Of a DNA stretch of 64,000 nt, positions 45,411 through 55,149 are shown in pieces (positions within the stretch are counted from its first letter, which is position 1; each line of letters opens with the position of its first letter). The translations under genes were made by a program, and so were the position numbers. The notes below the pieces were generated by a model that saw nothing but the letters and a program-made list of their open reading frames with translations, did no database searches and was not told the DNA's origin. This DNA comes from an uncultured virus (IMG/VR IMGVR_UViG_3300036985_007154) (taxonomy: Duplodnaviria > Heunggongvirae > Uroviricota > Caudoviricetes), in IMG/VR virus record IMGVR_UViG_3300036985_007154, one strand, 5' to 3'.

Positions 45411-46505
45411 TTATTTTACTTTAATTTTCTTGACACTTTGTAATTCTCTTTTATAGACTGTTTTACCTCCATCAGGACTTTCATAAATCCATTTGGTTTC
45501 TAAGTTTTTTTTATCAACTTGAGTTTTAATCCATTGATAAGTTTTTTGTAAACCGATTGACAATGGTTGACTTACCTCCCATCCAATTTTTTCTTTATAT
45601 AATTTATTGTCTGAATTTCTACCTTTTACTCCAAGTGGGCATTTAAAACCATATTTTTGAACAAATTCTTCACCTTCAATATTTTTTATCTTGATGTCTT
45701 TTCCAGCAATATCAATAGCCATTGCCGCTAATTGGTTGATTGTAACCATTTCTTCACTTCCAATATTCACAGGCCCTTTAAATTCGGATTCCATAAGCCT
45801 AATGACGGCTTCAATACATTCATCAACATACAAGAATGAACGAGTCTGTAATCCATTACCCCAAACTTCGATTTCTCCACCATTTTCAGTCTCAGTTGCT
45901 TTTCTACACATAGCGGCTGGTGATTTTTCTCTACCTCCTGTCCATGTACCTTGTGGTCCAAAAATATTATGGAATCTTCCTATTCTTACATTTAGTCCAT
46001 AGTTTCTACTGAAGGCCAAATATAACCTTTCAGAAAATAATTTTTCCCATCCATATTCGGAATCGGGATTTGCAGGATACGCTGAGGACTCTTCACAGTT
46101 TGGATTTTCAGGGTCTAACTGATTGTGTTCGGGATACATACATGCAGAGGATGAGTAAAATAGTTTTCCAACTTTTTTCTTTACCGCTTCACGAGCAACG
46201 TTAAGGTTAATTTTTGCAGAATTATACATTACATCAGCATCATGTTCACCTGTAAAGATGTATAACGCTCCACCCATATCTGCAGCAAGTTGATAAACCT
46301 CATCAACACCTTCTTCAATTACAAGTTCTACAACTTTAGGGTCTGTTAAATCCCCTAAAATAAACTCATGACAGAACTCATCTTGAAAGAAATATTCATG
46401 TTTCTTGATATCACATACTCGTACATGATTTCCCTCTTCTTTTAATCTTTTGGCAAGGTGTCCACCTATGAACCCTCCTCCTCCTAATACTACTATCTTT
46501 TTCAT
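45411..46505 (-). CDS. GDP-mannose 3,5-epimerase-like extended SDR
   Basis: GGGGFIG, LAADMGG, SSACMYP, YGWEK, GGREKSPAAMCRK, GVKGRNSDN. Confidence 0.9.
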   Translation of the reverse strand: MKKIVVLGGGGFIGGHLAKRLKEEGNHVRVCDIKKHEYFFQDEFCHEFILGDLTDPKVVELVIEEGVDEVYQLAADMGGALYIFTGEHDADVMYNSAKINLNVAREAVKKKVGKLFYSSSACMYPEHNQLDPENPNCEESSAYPANPDSEYGWEKLFSERLYLAFSRNYGLNVRIGRFHNIFGPQGTWTGGREKSPAAMCRKATETENGGEIEVWGNGLQTRSFLYVDECIEAVIRLMESEFKGPVNIGSEEMVTINQLAAMAIDIAGKDIKIKNIEGEEFVQKYGFKCPLGVKGRNSDNKLYKEKIGWEVSQPLSIGLQKTYQWIKTQVDKKNLETKWIYESPDGGKTVYKRELQSVKKIKVK

Positions 46506-47311
46506 ATTTCTTTTATAATTTTTTCAATACCTTCTTTTATTGATATTTTGGGTTTCCAAAAATTAAGAATGTATGGGTCAGGTTCATTTCTCTTATTCAT
46601 CTGAACCGAATCAATTTCTTCAGATGGTTGAATGTCACAAGGAATTAATTCTTTAATCATTTCAGCAATTCCCAATACAGTATTCCATTCAAAATTAGTG
46701 ATGTGCAGGTTTGAGTCTCTATCAATTTCATTGTATTTTTCTGAGAGAATCATTAAACATCTTGAACAGTCTTCTGCGTGTAAGAATTGTCTTTCTTCTT
46801 TACCATCTGTCATCATTTCAATTTTTCCTTGTCTTGCCTTTAGAATAAAATCAGTGATTACGTGAGACTTTTCTAAATTATGTTCAGGTCCATACACGTT
46901 CCAAAACTTAACAATAATACCACCCAATGCCTTTGTATAAGATTCCCCTAAAGCTTTAGCAACTCCGTAAGGGGAGTAAGACATATTAGACATTTGAGAT
47001 GATGCGAAGATGAATGGTTTTTTATATGATTTTAATACCTGAAATGTGTGTACCATAAGTCTCGTATTATTATCAATAAAATCATAAGTGTGTTGATACT
47101 TTTTCAAATATCTTGAACCACCGACATCAAATGCTAAAAACATTACAAAGTCTGATTCACTAATACGAGAGTCAACCATTCCTTTTATTCTTAAGTCTTG
47201 TATTTGGTCATCTTCAATATCAAATGTTAAAACTTCATGTCCTTCTTTTTCTAAGAATTTACAAAGTTCCAATCCGATTTGTCCGGCCGATCCTAAAATC
47301 AAATATTTCAT
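46502..47311 (-). CDS. NAD-dependent nucleotide-sugar epimerase/dehydratase
   Basis: GSAGQIG, YGVAK, NVYGP. Confidence 0.88.
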   Translation of the reverse strand: MKYLILGSAGQIGLELCKFLEKEGHEVLTFDIEDDQIQDLRIKGMVDSRISESDFVMFLAFDVGGSRYLKKYQHTYDFIDNNTRLMVHTFQVLKSYKKPFIFASSQMSNMSYSPYGVAKALGESYTKALGGIIVKFWNVYGPEHNLEKSHVITDFILKARQGKIEMMTDGKEERQFLHAEDCSRCLMILSEKYNEIDRDSNLHITNFEWNTVLGIAEMIKELIPCDIQPSEEIDSVQMNKRNEPDPYILNFWKPKISIKEGIEKIIKEI

Positions 47312-47373
47312 ATTTTATCTTTTTACGTAAACACCACCGATATACCGTTGGGACTTGTATTAATATTCATAAT

Positions 47374-48198
47374 TTATTTTAAATATTTTTCGAAAAAATA
47401 GTCTTCCGCAATTGGAAGTTCTTGCGCCAATTTGAAATTTCTTTCAATTGCCGGCATCATTGATTGATACTTTTCAACGGATAATGTTGATAATGTTGGG
47501 TCATCTTCCAAAAAGATTACCCCTGTTGGGTCAAAGTATTTTGACACTATTTCTCTTGAACCCCAATACACCGGTACAGTTCCCATAACAAAATTATCTG
47601 TTAATTTTTCTGTAAAATATCCTGGTGAATTGTCGTTTTCAATTGAAACAGAAAACATATAATCTCTCAATCCATCTTCCTTATCGTTTAATTGATTTGG
47701 TCTACCTGAACCAAATAAATCAACTTTATCTGTTAATTTTTCAACCCAATCTAATCTATTTTGATGACCACGTAACCATCCTTTATTAGAAGCAATCATA
47801 CTAACTAATTTAGTTTTTGGATGAATCATTCTATTTTTTTCCCAAATCCAAGGGACTGCATTAGAAATAGTATACTTAAAAGGTTCTCCAAGTTCTAATA
47901 AACTATCCATACATGTGAAAATCATCTTATAATGTTCTCTGAACAATGGGAGGTTTTCTTTGATGTAATTAATAGTACCTTCATTCATTTGTGGAGATTC
48001 TAATAACCAACCAATTTTTTCTCTTGATGGGTCATTAAATCCCCAGTCTTTGATGTAGTTATCGACATAAACACTCATGGTGTGAGGGTCTTGTGTGTCT
48101 CTTGATAGCCATTTAAGATACTTTGGCATGTTTCTGTTAGATGAACAATCGTAATCGCCCCACCCGTCTGATACTTTTCTAATTAAAATTTTTTCCAT
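47374..48198 (-). CDS. GT10 alpha-1,3-fucosyltransferase-like
   Basis: YMFSVSIEN...YFTEKL...VPVYWG. Confidence 0.88.
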   Translation of the reverse strand: MEKILIRKVSDGWGDYDCSSNRNMPKYLKWLSRDTQDPHTMSVYVDNYIKDWGFNDPSREKIGWLLESPQMNEGTINYIKENLPLFREHYKMIFTCMDSLLELGEPFKYTISNAVPWIWEKNRMIHPKTKLVSMIASNKGWLRGHQNRLDWVEKLTDKVDLFGSGRPNQLNDKEDGLRDYMFSVSIENDNSPGYFTEKLTDNFVMGTVPVYWGSREIVSKYFDPTGVIFLEDDPTLSTLSVEKYQSMMPAIERNFKLAQELPIAEDYFFEKYLK

Positions 48199-48224
48199 TT
48201 TTTTATTTTTTTATTTTTTTATTT

Positions 48225-48827
48225 TTAATTATTTAATTCCCAATTTTCCCATGTGAATTCATAATGATATGTTAGATGGTGTGTTTTTTGTAAATTATCG
48301 ATAATAAAGTTATATACTTCTTCCCATCCATCAAAAGGGTCTTTATGAAATTGAACCTGTATGTTTTTAAATTTAGTAGTCATATTATTTTTAATAATAT
48401 ATTCAAGTAACTTGTATTCACTACCTTCAATATTCATTTTTAACAAATCAACAAATTCAATATTTTCACTTAACATAAATTCATCAATTTTAATTGAAGG
48501 TATGTTCAAAGGTTGTAATTCACCCCTTCCGAAATATAATGATGATGCGTCACCCGCAAGATAAAATCCGGTAAGTTTATTTTCATGAGATAAACAACTT
48601 TGATAAACCTTAATGTTATCAAACATGATAAATTTGTCTTTACAAATATTATAATGGTTTTCTATCGGTTCAAAACAATAAATTTTACTTTTATACCTGT
48701 CATGAATTACCGAAGTAAACCAACCTTCATAACCCCCCAAATCCATTACAATAGAATCTTCATTGAGGTTATAATTTACTCTTAAATCATTGTCTTTCCA
48801 GTCTTCTCTATTTCCTTTTAGATACAT
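48225..48827 (-). CDS. FkbM-family methyltransferase
   Basis: DLGGYEG, FEP, LKMNIEGSE. Confidence 0.9.
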   Translation of the reverse strand: MYLKGNREDWKDNDLRVNYNLNEDSIVMDLGGYEGWFTSVIHDRYKSKIYCFEPIENHYNICKDKFIMFDNIKVYQSCLSHENKLTGFYLAGDASSLYFGRGELQPLNIPSIKIDEFMLSENIEFVDLLKMNIEGSEYKLLEYIIKNNMTTKFKNIQVQFHKDPFDGWEEVYNFIIDNLQKTHHLTYHYEFTWENWELNN

Positions 48828-48858
48828 ATTTTTTTTAATAATTTAATTGTATGTGTTC

Positions 48859-49494
48859 TTACCTGTTGATTGATTCTTGTGCGACTTTATATTCTATTTT
48901 AAGTTTATTAAAAATTTCATCACAACTTATGTTATTTGATGACCATTGTTCTAATTCAGATGGTTCAAAATATTTTGGATTAACCCACCAATCTTCAAAA
49001 GGATTATTTTTAAATAACTCGTGAGATACATCTGCACAAATTAAATGATACCCTTTTGAATTTAATAATTCACGTTGAGGTATTCGTTCTTTGTTTATAA
49101 ATTCATCTCCAATATATGCATCATGTTCTATTGTAATTATTTTGAAGGCGTAATTACTTTCAATGATTTTTTGAAGTAATTTGACCCTATCTCCACAACC
49201 TTCCATATCTAATGTTAGGTAATCAATTACACTGTTATCATAATAATCTTTAAGTAGTTCATTATAATTTTGGTTAAGACAGTCTGCTTGTATGAACTTA
49301 GATTTTCTATCTTTCCATTGTTCACTAAAGTTTTGGATATCTAATGATATTCCATCCCATCCGTTTAATTCTAAAAGATAGGTATTGTTAATTTTTTTAG
49401 GTAAAGAACATCCTAAGTCTAAAAATGTTCCTTGTTTACCTTTCATTAAGTTGTAGACAAATAAATCTTGTCCTGATTGTGAATACGATTCCAT
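48859..49494 (-). CDS. FkbM-like methyltransferase
   Basis: YSQSGQD, FLDLG, NNTYLLE..GW.G, IDYLTLD, EDWW. Confidence 0.8.
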   Translation of the reverse strand: MESYSQSGQDLFVYNLMKGKQGTFLDLGCSLPKKINNTYLLELNGWDGISLDIQNFSEQWKDRKSKFIQADCLNQNYNELLKDYYDNSVIDYLTLDMEGCGDRVKLLQKIIESNYAFKIITIEHDAYIGDEFINKERIPQRELLNSKGYHLICADVSHELFKNNPFEDWWVNPKYFEPSELEQWSSNNISCDEIFNKLKIEYKVAQESINR

Positions 49495-49505
49495 AGTTTT
49501 TTTTA

Positions 49506-50363
49506 TTAAAATAGTTGATTTTCGTTTTTAAATAAATAACAATCGTCAAAAGACCCTTTTATCATTGGCACGTACGTTGTTGGATTTCCTGGGTATAAGA
49601 TTGATTTATATGAATTTTTTGCGATTAAAGATAAACAATACATTTGTAGTAGGTATTCATCTTTAGTTATTTTGTACTTTGATTTGAAGGAGTCATTACC
49701 AATTTCATTCATTTCAATATGAAATCCGTTTAATGTTCCTGAGATTGGAATTTCTTTAATGGTTTTAAGATTAAGATTACATCCGTTAAAACCACTTAAA
49801 ACTCTATAATCATCAGTTTGTAATAGTATTTCTTTGTTAGATAAATTAATTGAATTTATAACTTTTAAATAATCCTCAACATTTGGTAATCTTGTTTCCC
49901 CTGATTTATCGGTGCTTCTTGCCCAAACAAATATTGTGTTATTTAAATCAATATTATTTGATTTAATAAGGTTATCATAACATTCTAAAACTAACTTACT
50001 TGGATTGAAAAATTTATTAATAATTTTATTTGTTATTTTAAAATTCAATAACTTTACATCATCACCTAATCCCCAACCTGTAGTATCTAATTTCTCTTTA
50101 AAAAATATTTTTTCTTCATCTGATATATCTGAAAAATTTAATTCACATTCTTTTTTTTCAAAAAGCAAATCATAAATTTCTTGACTATGATAATCTATTT
50201 TCAAAGTCTCAACTGGGAATCCGTTCATTTCCAACAAAGCAATTTTACGTATAATCCAATTAAATATTGAATATATCCCTGAATCTCTTATTGATGAATA
50301 CGTTTTTGTTTCTTGAGAATATGTTTCGTACTGGTATAATGATAATATGTCGGATAAGTTCAT
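49506..50363 (-). CDS. GT-B fucosyltransferase-like protein (NodZ/GT23-like)
   Basis: VWARSTDK and LQTDD motifs. Confidence 0.6.
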   Translation of the reverse strand: MNLSDILSLYQYETYSQETKTYSSIRDSGIYSIFNWIIRKIALLEMNGFPVETLKIDYHSQEIYDLLFEKKECELNFSDISDEEKIFFKEKLDTTGWGLGDDVKLLNFKITNKIINKFFNPSKLVLECYDNLIKSNNIDLNNTIFVWARSTDKSGETRLPNVEDYLKVINSINLSNKEILLQTDDYRVLSGFNGCNLNLKTIKEIPISGTLNGFHIEMNEIGNDSFKSKYKITKDEYLLQMYCLSLIAKNSYKSILYPGNPTTYVPMIKGSFDDCYLFKNENQLF

Positions 50364-50374
50364 CTTTTTTTATA

Positions 50375-51193
50375 TTAATTTTTTGGTTTTAATTCACCGT
50401 CAGAATAGACCACATCCATTTTAGTCCAGTCAGGTTCATACATATCGTAGTATTTTTGAGGGCCGCTTGGGCCAAACCAAATTGAAGGGGCTATTACTTT
50501 TTTATTTATATTTTTATTAAGAAACGCACTCCACCAAGAAAATGTAGAGTTTGAAATTATGTTATTTTTACAAAGAGACATCATCCACATATCCACATAA
50601 TCATCTTCATTTACCAAAGTGATGTTGTCGCCTGGAAAGTTGTTTGATAACCATTCTTTGTCGTCTCCAAACAAAAACAAATGACTGTATGAACCAATCA
50701 TTTCTAATGCCTTGTCTAAGTATTCTTTTGATACACTTGGATGTATGTGTGGGTTTTGTTTATAATCACCAAATCTAATGTGAATTGATGAGGTATTCTC
50801 TTGATTAAGTTGTGGATATTTCTGAGTAATTTCAGATATGAATTGTTCTGTCGGGCCAAAAATTTCTCTAATCTTATCGTTGAATCCCAATAAGTTTTTA
50901 CCACTTTGAAAGTATCCTTCAAATACGGTATTATCTTCAACAGGATTTATTTCTGAGAATTCCCAAGGTCCTTCATGAACCTTGGTGAATCCGTCGATAT
51001 TGTCAACAAATTTTAAATTTCTAAAAATATTTTCTCTGTAGTGTGAAGTATCTTTACCTTGCATTGGAGTCCAAGACCTTGGAATAAAAACAATTTCTCT
51101 ATTATGTTTCCACCCTTGAGATAAAGCATGTCCAGCTTGAAACATTTGATTTCCCAAACCACCCATTAAATTGCAAGATATTAAATTTTCCAT
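50375..51193 (-). CDS. GT11 alpha-1,2-fucosyltransferase
   Basis: GGLGNQMFQ, GYFQS, HIRFGDY, NSTFSWW. Confidence 0.93.
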   Translation of the reverse strand: MENLISCNLMGGLGNQMFQAGHALSQGWKHNREIVFIPRSWTPMQGKDTSHYRENIFRNLKFVDNIDGFTKVHEGPWEFSEINPVEDNTVFEGYFQSGKNLLGFNDKIREIFGPTEQFISEITQKYPQLNQENTSSIHIRFGDYKQNPHIHPSVSKEYLDKALEMIGSYSHLFLFGDDKEWLSNNFPGDNITLVNEDDYVDMWMMSLCKNNIISNSTFSWWSAFLNKNINKKVIAPSIWFGPSGPQKYYDMYEPDWTKMDVVYSDGELKPKN

Positions 51194-51227
51194 TTACTAA
51201 GAATAAATAATAGTGTTTAAATGTAAA

Positions 51228-51923
51228 TTACAAGTTAGGTGTGTTTGAGGGCGGAACTACATTATAATTTACACTATGTTTTAAAAAATATGAAAGTTTT
51301 ATATTATTTTTTAAAACTAAATTAGTTAAAACGCTTTGGTCGTATAGATGGTTTTTAAATTCAGGTAGGTTATTTCCATGTTCATTTGGTTTATCAGTTA
51401 ATATGTTTTCGTTTTTACAATAATTTAACCATTGATTGATAAAGTTTATATTATCTTGATTTTTTTTAAAAATTACAAATCCCGCTTCTACTTGAGGAAA
51501 GTTATAAAAAAACTCACTGTCACAATCCATAAGAACAAAACAATCTTTTTTAGTAAATTCTTTTTGTTTAGGTCTTGCTCCACTCCAATTACTAATATAA
51601 TAATCTCGTGTATCCATGGCAGTTTTAATATGATGTAAACTATCACTCCCTAAATCATCTGCAGCATCCAAATAGACTAAAACATCACCATCGCCCATTT
51701 TACTTAAATCTTCTAATATAATATATGGTTTCCATAAACAATATCCCGCCCCTTTCGGTTGGTCTAAGATATGTTTAAATTCTTTGTAAAAATCAGTATC
51801 TCTTATTTCTTCTGATGTGTGTACAAATACGTTATCAAAATTCATATTTTGATATCTTTCCAATAATAGATTTTCTCTGAATCTAAAATTTTCGTCTGTA
51901 AAAAAAGATATATTAAATTTCAT
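51228..51923 (-). CDS. GT-A-fold glycosyltransferase-like protein
   Basis: GYCLWKPYII, YLDAAD, H.YDQS. Confidence 0.75.
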   Translation of the reverse strand: MKFNISFFTDENFRFRENLLLERYQNMNFDNVFVHTSEEIRDTDFYKEFKHILDQPKGAGYCLWKPYIILEDLSKMGDGDVLVYLDAADDLGSDSLHHIKTAMDTRDYYISNWSGARPKQKEFTKKDCFVLMDCDSEFFYNFPQVEAGFVIFKKNQDNINFINQWLNYCKNENILTDKPNEHGNNLPEFKNHLYDQSVLTNLVLKNNIKLSYFLKHSVNYNVVPPSNTPNL

Positions 51924-52509
51924 TTTTTAATTCCCAATTTTCCCACACAAATGGAAATCTCCAAGTTAGTTTATGTGTTTTAGATAATTCTTTAGAAATT
52001 AATTCATAATCAGAATTTTCTTCATCATTAAATAAATGAAATTGAACTTGTATATTTTTTATTTTAATTATTGAATTAGTTTCAATTAAATTTTTTAAAA
52101 TTGGATACTCGGCACCTTCAACATTTATTTTCATTAAATCAATGTGTTCTTCATTAATAATTTCAAATATTTCATTTGCGGGAATTGATTCACTTTCAAA
52201 TGTAGATTCTTTAAAAAATAATGATGCCTCTGATTGAACAATTCCTAATTTAACTTTTTCTTTTTTATCAGAAACCGCAACACAAAATGTGTTATAATTT
52301 AACTTTTTTAATTGATTACAAAATTCACTAACAACTTCAAAACAATATATTTTTGGTGAATATTTCCTTCTAATTAATCCTGACCAATCTCCATGTCTGG
52401 CTCCCAAATCAACAACAATTGAATTATTTGTTAATGGATAATTAATTCTGTAGGTATAATCACCATTTTGTTCTCTCCATTCAGTATCGTTTGATGGTCT
52501 TATTTTCAT
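51913..52509 (-). CDS. FkbM-family methyltransferase (paralogue of 48225-48827)
   Basis: DLGARHG, MKINVEGAE, IQVQFH, WENWEL. Confidence 0.9.
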   Translation of the reverse strand: MKIRPSNDTEWREQNGDYTYRINYPLTNNSIVVDLGARHGDWSGLIRRKYSPKIYCFEVVSEFCNQLKKLNYNTFCVAVSDKKEKVKLGIVQSEASLFFKESTFESESIPANEIFEIINEEHIDLMKINVEGAEYPILKNLIETNSIIKIKNIQVQFHLFNDEENSDYELISKELSKTHKLTWRFPFVWENWELKNEI

Positions 52510-53288
52510 TTTAATTCTCTATTTTCAATAAATTTATCACCATAAAGTAAATCTTTGTGTCTTTCTAAAATTTTTTGAGAATTTACGATAACTAAATTAT
52601 GATGGAAGGCTTGGTTTTTTTGACGAGTAGATCCCCATCTTGGGTCTGAGGTATAATCTATCCAATATAATCCTGATACTTTTTTTAACTCTTTAAATGC
52701 TCTCATCGATATGTCCATATCATCATAATTTTGTGGAGAGAACCATTCGTCCAAATAATTAAGTTTTACTACATCTTGATAATCGTACATTAAAGGGCCT
52801 CTATTTCCATATTCTCGGGCATAAAAAATATCTCTAGACGAATCATTTTTATTCGCCATATCAATATAATTAATTTCTTTAATTTGTTCATTGTATATAT
52901 TGTTGTGCGCGATAAATGAGGTTACCGCAAAAACATCATTAAATGTTTGATATGGTTTTAACATTCTAATGTCAAAATCTTTTTCATTAACAACCATATC
53001 ATCTTGAATTAATAACACATAATCATTATCAACAATTTTTAAACCTGCATTATTTGCTTTAGTCTCAAAAACGTTATCAGTGTAAACATAATCAATTTTT
53101 AATTTTGTTATATTTTTTAATATGTTTTTAACTATTGGAATAGAATTATCGGTACATCCATCAAAAACAATAATAAGTTGATTAGTTTTGTTAGATAAAT
53201 TATTTAATAAAGATTGACATACGCGTTCAATTAAAAAATCTTTATTATGTATTGTTAATATGCAAGATACGTTTGAATGAAAGCTCAT
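52506..53288 (-). CDS. GT2-family glycosyltransferase
   Basis: DGCTD, NAGL, IQDD, YDD. Confidence 0.88.
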   Translation of the reverse strand: MSFHSNVSCILTIHNKDFLIERVCQSLLNNLSNKTNQLIIVFDGCTDNSIPIVKNILKNITKLKIDYVYTDNVFETKANNAGLKIVDNDYVLLIQDDMVVNEKDFDIRMLKPYQTFNDVFAVTSFIAHNNIYNEQIKEINYIDMANKNDSSRDIFYAREYGNRGPLMYDYQDVVKLNYLDEWFSPQNYDDMDISMRAFKELKKVSGLYWIDYTSDPRWGSTRQKNQAFHHNLVIVNSQKILERHKDLLYGDKFIENRELK

Positions 53289-53995
53289 AATTTTGTGTAT
53301 GGTTTTTTATTTCTTATTTTATTTACTGTGTTAATAACATTACTCATGTTAACTTTGTGGTCGTTGATTGGGTTAGATTCATTGTATATGTAATTTATGT
53401 TAGGTAAAAATCTATAATGTTCTTCTCCTGACATTTCAAACATCGGAAACATAAATGCTAAATCACCGGCAACATTCCAATAATTACCATTCTCATCTCT
53501 TAAATCTACTTCTTTAATTTTTTTCCATAACCAAGATTTCCAAGTTCTGAGATGAGATAATGTGAATGTTTGTTTTCTAATATCGGTAAATTGTGTTGGT
53601 GGATTTGCAAAACCATCTCTTCCGTCATGGTATTTGAATGACCCACTTGTCATCCAAACATTCGGGTCTTTATAAACTTCATTAATTCTTGTGAAAACAT
53701 TAGAATCGGATAACCAATCATCCCCATCAACTTCAACGCATATTTCATCATCATCAATATTATTTGAATTAATTATTTGGTCGTAGTTACCTGGCTGATA
53801 AAGTTTAGATTGATTCTCAATTAAAATAAAACGTGAATCATTTTTGATTGTTTCATGAACAATACTTACGGTGTTGTCTGTTGACATATCATCAGTAATG
53901 TAACATGTGAAATCTTTGTATCTTTGACTCATTATACTGAATAAAGATTTTTCAACGTATTTTTCGCAGTTATATGCAGTTGTTAAAATTATCAT
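53285..53995 (-). CDS. GT2-family glycosyltransferase
   Basis: TAYN, DDMSTD, VDGDDW. Confidence 0.9.
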   Translation of the reverse strand: MIILTTAYNCEKYVEKSLFSIMSQRYKDFTCYITDDMSTDNTVSIVHETIKNDSRFILIENQSKLYQPGNYDQIINSNNIDDDEICVEVDGDDWLSDSNVFTRINEVYKDPNVWMTSGSFKYHDGRDGFANPPTQFTDIRKQTFTLSHLRTWKSWLWKKIKEVDLRDENGNYWNVAGDLAFMFPMFEMSGEEHYRFLPNINYIYNESNPINDHKVNMSNVINTVNKIRNKKPYTKL

Positions 53996-55149
53996 TATAG
54001 GTCTATTAAAACTCCATCGGGGATTGTTCCTACTTTAAAAAACTTCAGTCTACCATCGTAGGATTCACTTAGCGAATGTAATTTTGAAGATACCGATGAA
54101 TCCTCAATTACGTGTAATGTATATCCTTCACCAAGTAAATCAACACACAATTGAAATTGTTGTGAACTTTCCAAGATATTTGTGTCTTTCCTATATGAAA
54201 GACGATTTAGAACGAATGGAATAGATTTATTTGGGTTTTGATTAACATATTGATTCTTAATAAAGTTTAAATGAGATTTATTATAATCATCAACATTTTT
54301 AGGTAAATTTATGACAGTATTCGAATTTTCTATTATGAGTTGTAAGGATTTGTTATCTCTTGGTAAAATTGGGCCTCCGAATCCGAGACTATATTTTAAT
54401 TCTTTACCCCCGATTCTTGAATCACTACCAACCGCTTTCAAAACTAAATCAATATCTTTTTTCATCCCAATGGTTGTCATCAAGTCTCCAATCATATTTG
54501 CGTATGTATTTTTCAATGAAACAAACGAACTAACCGCTAACTTAGTAAGTTCTGCGGATTTAATACTCATAACATATATATCTCTCGTACGGCATTGGAT
54601 TTTCTGATATATACTAATTATATCCTCAGAGATTTGTTGATGGTCGGTACCAATAAGAATAAAATCACTGTTTTTTAAGTTAGAAACTATTTCACCGTTT
54701 TCGGAAAAATTAGGGTGATACGCAACTTGTATATTAAACATATCTAATTTTTTTTGTATCTGTTCCACATCTCCTGGATTAGTTGTAGTACAAATTACAA
54801 ACTTTTTTTCGTATATGGCAATATCTAATTGAGATGCTGTAAAAAAATGATTTACCGTTTCGAATACGACTGAGGTATCAATATTTCCATCTAATGATGG
54901 TTCTGTGTTTTCGAAAGTAAAAATAATATCAGATTCGTCAATAACTTGAATTGGCTCTTTGATAGTAATCCCCTCTTGTTCAAACAACATTTTTTGAACT
55001 TCTGGTTCTTTTGTCACACAAATAGTTTGATTCAAGTTGAAAACCAAGTCTTCATTATTATCTGAAACTAAAACTGATAATCCTGCCTCTTTACATAATA
55101 ATGCAAAAGCAAGACCGACGTTACCTAAACCAATTATACCAACTTTCAT
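53995..55149 (-). CDS. UDP-glucose/GDP-mannose dehydrogenase homologue with the catalytic Cys replaced
   Basis: GLGNVG, AELTKL, DSRIG, GFGGPILPRD. Confidence 0.85.
   Translation of the reverse strand: MKVGIIGLGNVGLAFALLCKEAGLSVLVSDNNEDLVFNLNQTICVTKEPEVQKMLFEQEGITIKEPIQVIDESDIIFTFENTEPSLDGNIDTSVVFETVNHFFTASQLDIAIYEKKFVICTTTNPGDVEQIQKKLDMFNIQVAYHPNFSENGEIVSNLKNSDFILIGTDHQQISEDIISIYQKIQCRTRDIYVMSIKSAELTKLAVSSFVSLKNTYANMIGDLMTTIGMKKDIDLVLKAVGSDSRIGGKELKYSLGFGGPILPRDNKSLQLIIENSNTVINLPKNVDDYNKSHLNFIKNQYVNQNPNKSIPFVLNRLSYRKDTNILESSQQFQLCVDLLGEGYTLHVIEDSSVSSKLHSLSESYDGRLKFFKVGTIPDGVLIDL

Noticed and set aside
47323..47370. 15-codon minus-strand ORF (MNINTSPNGISVVFT) between glycan genes
   Set aside because: Too short to support; possibly a remnant of cassette exchange
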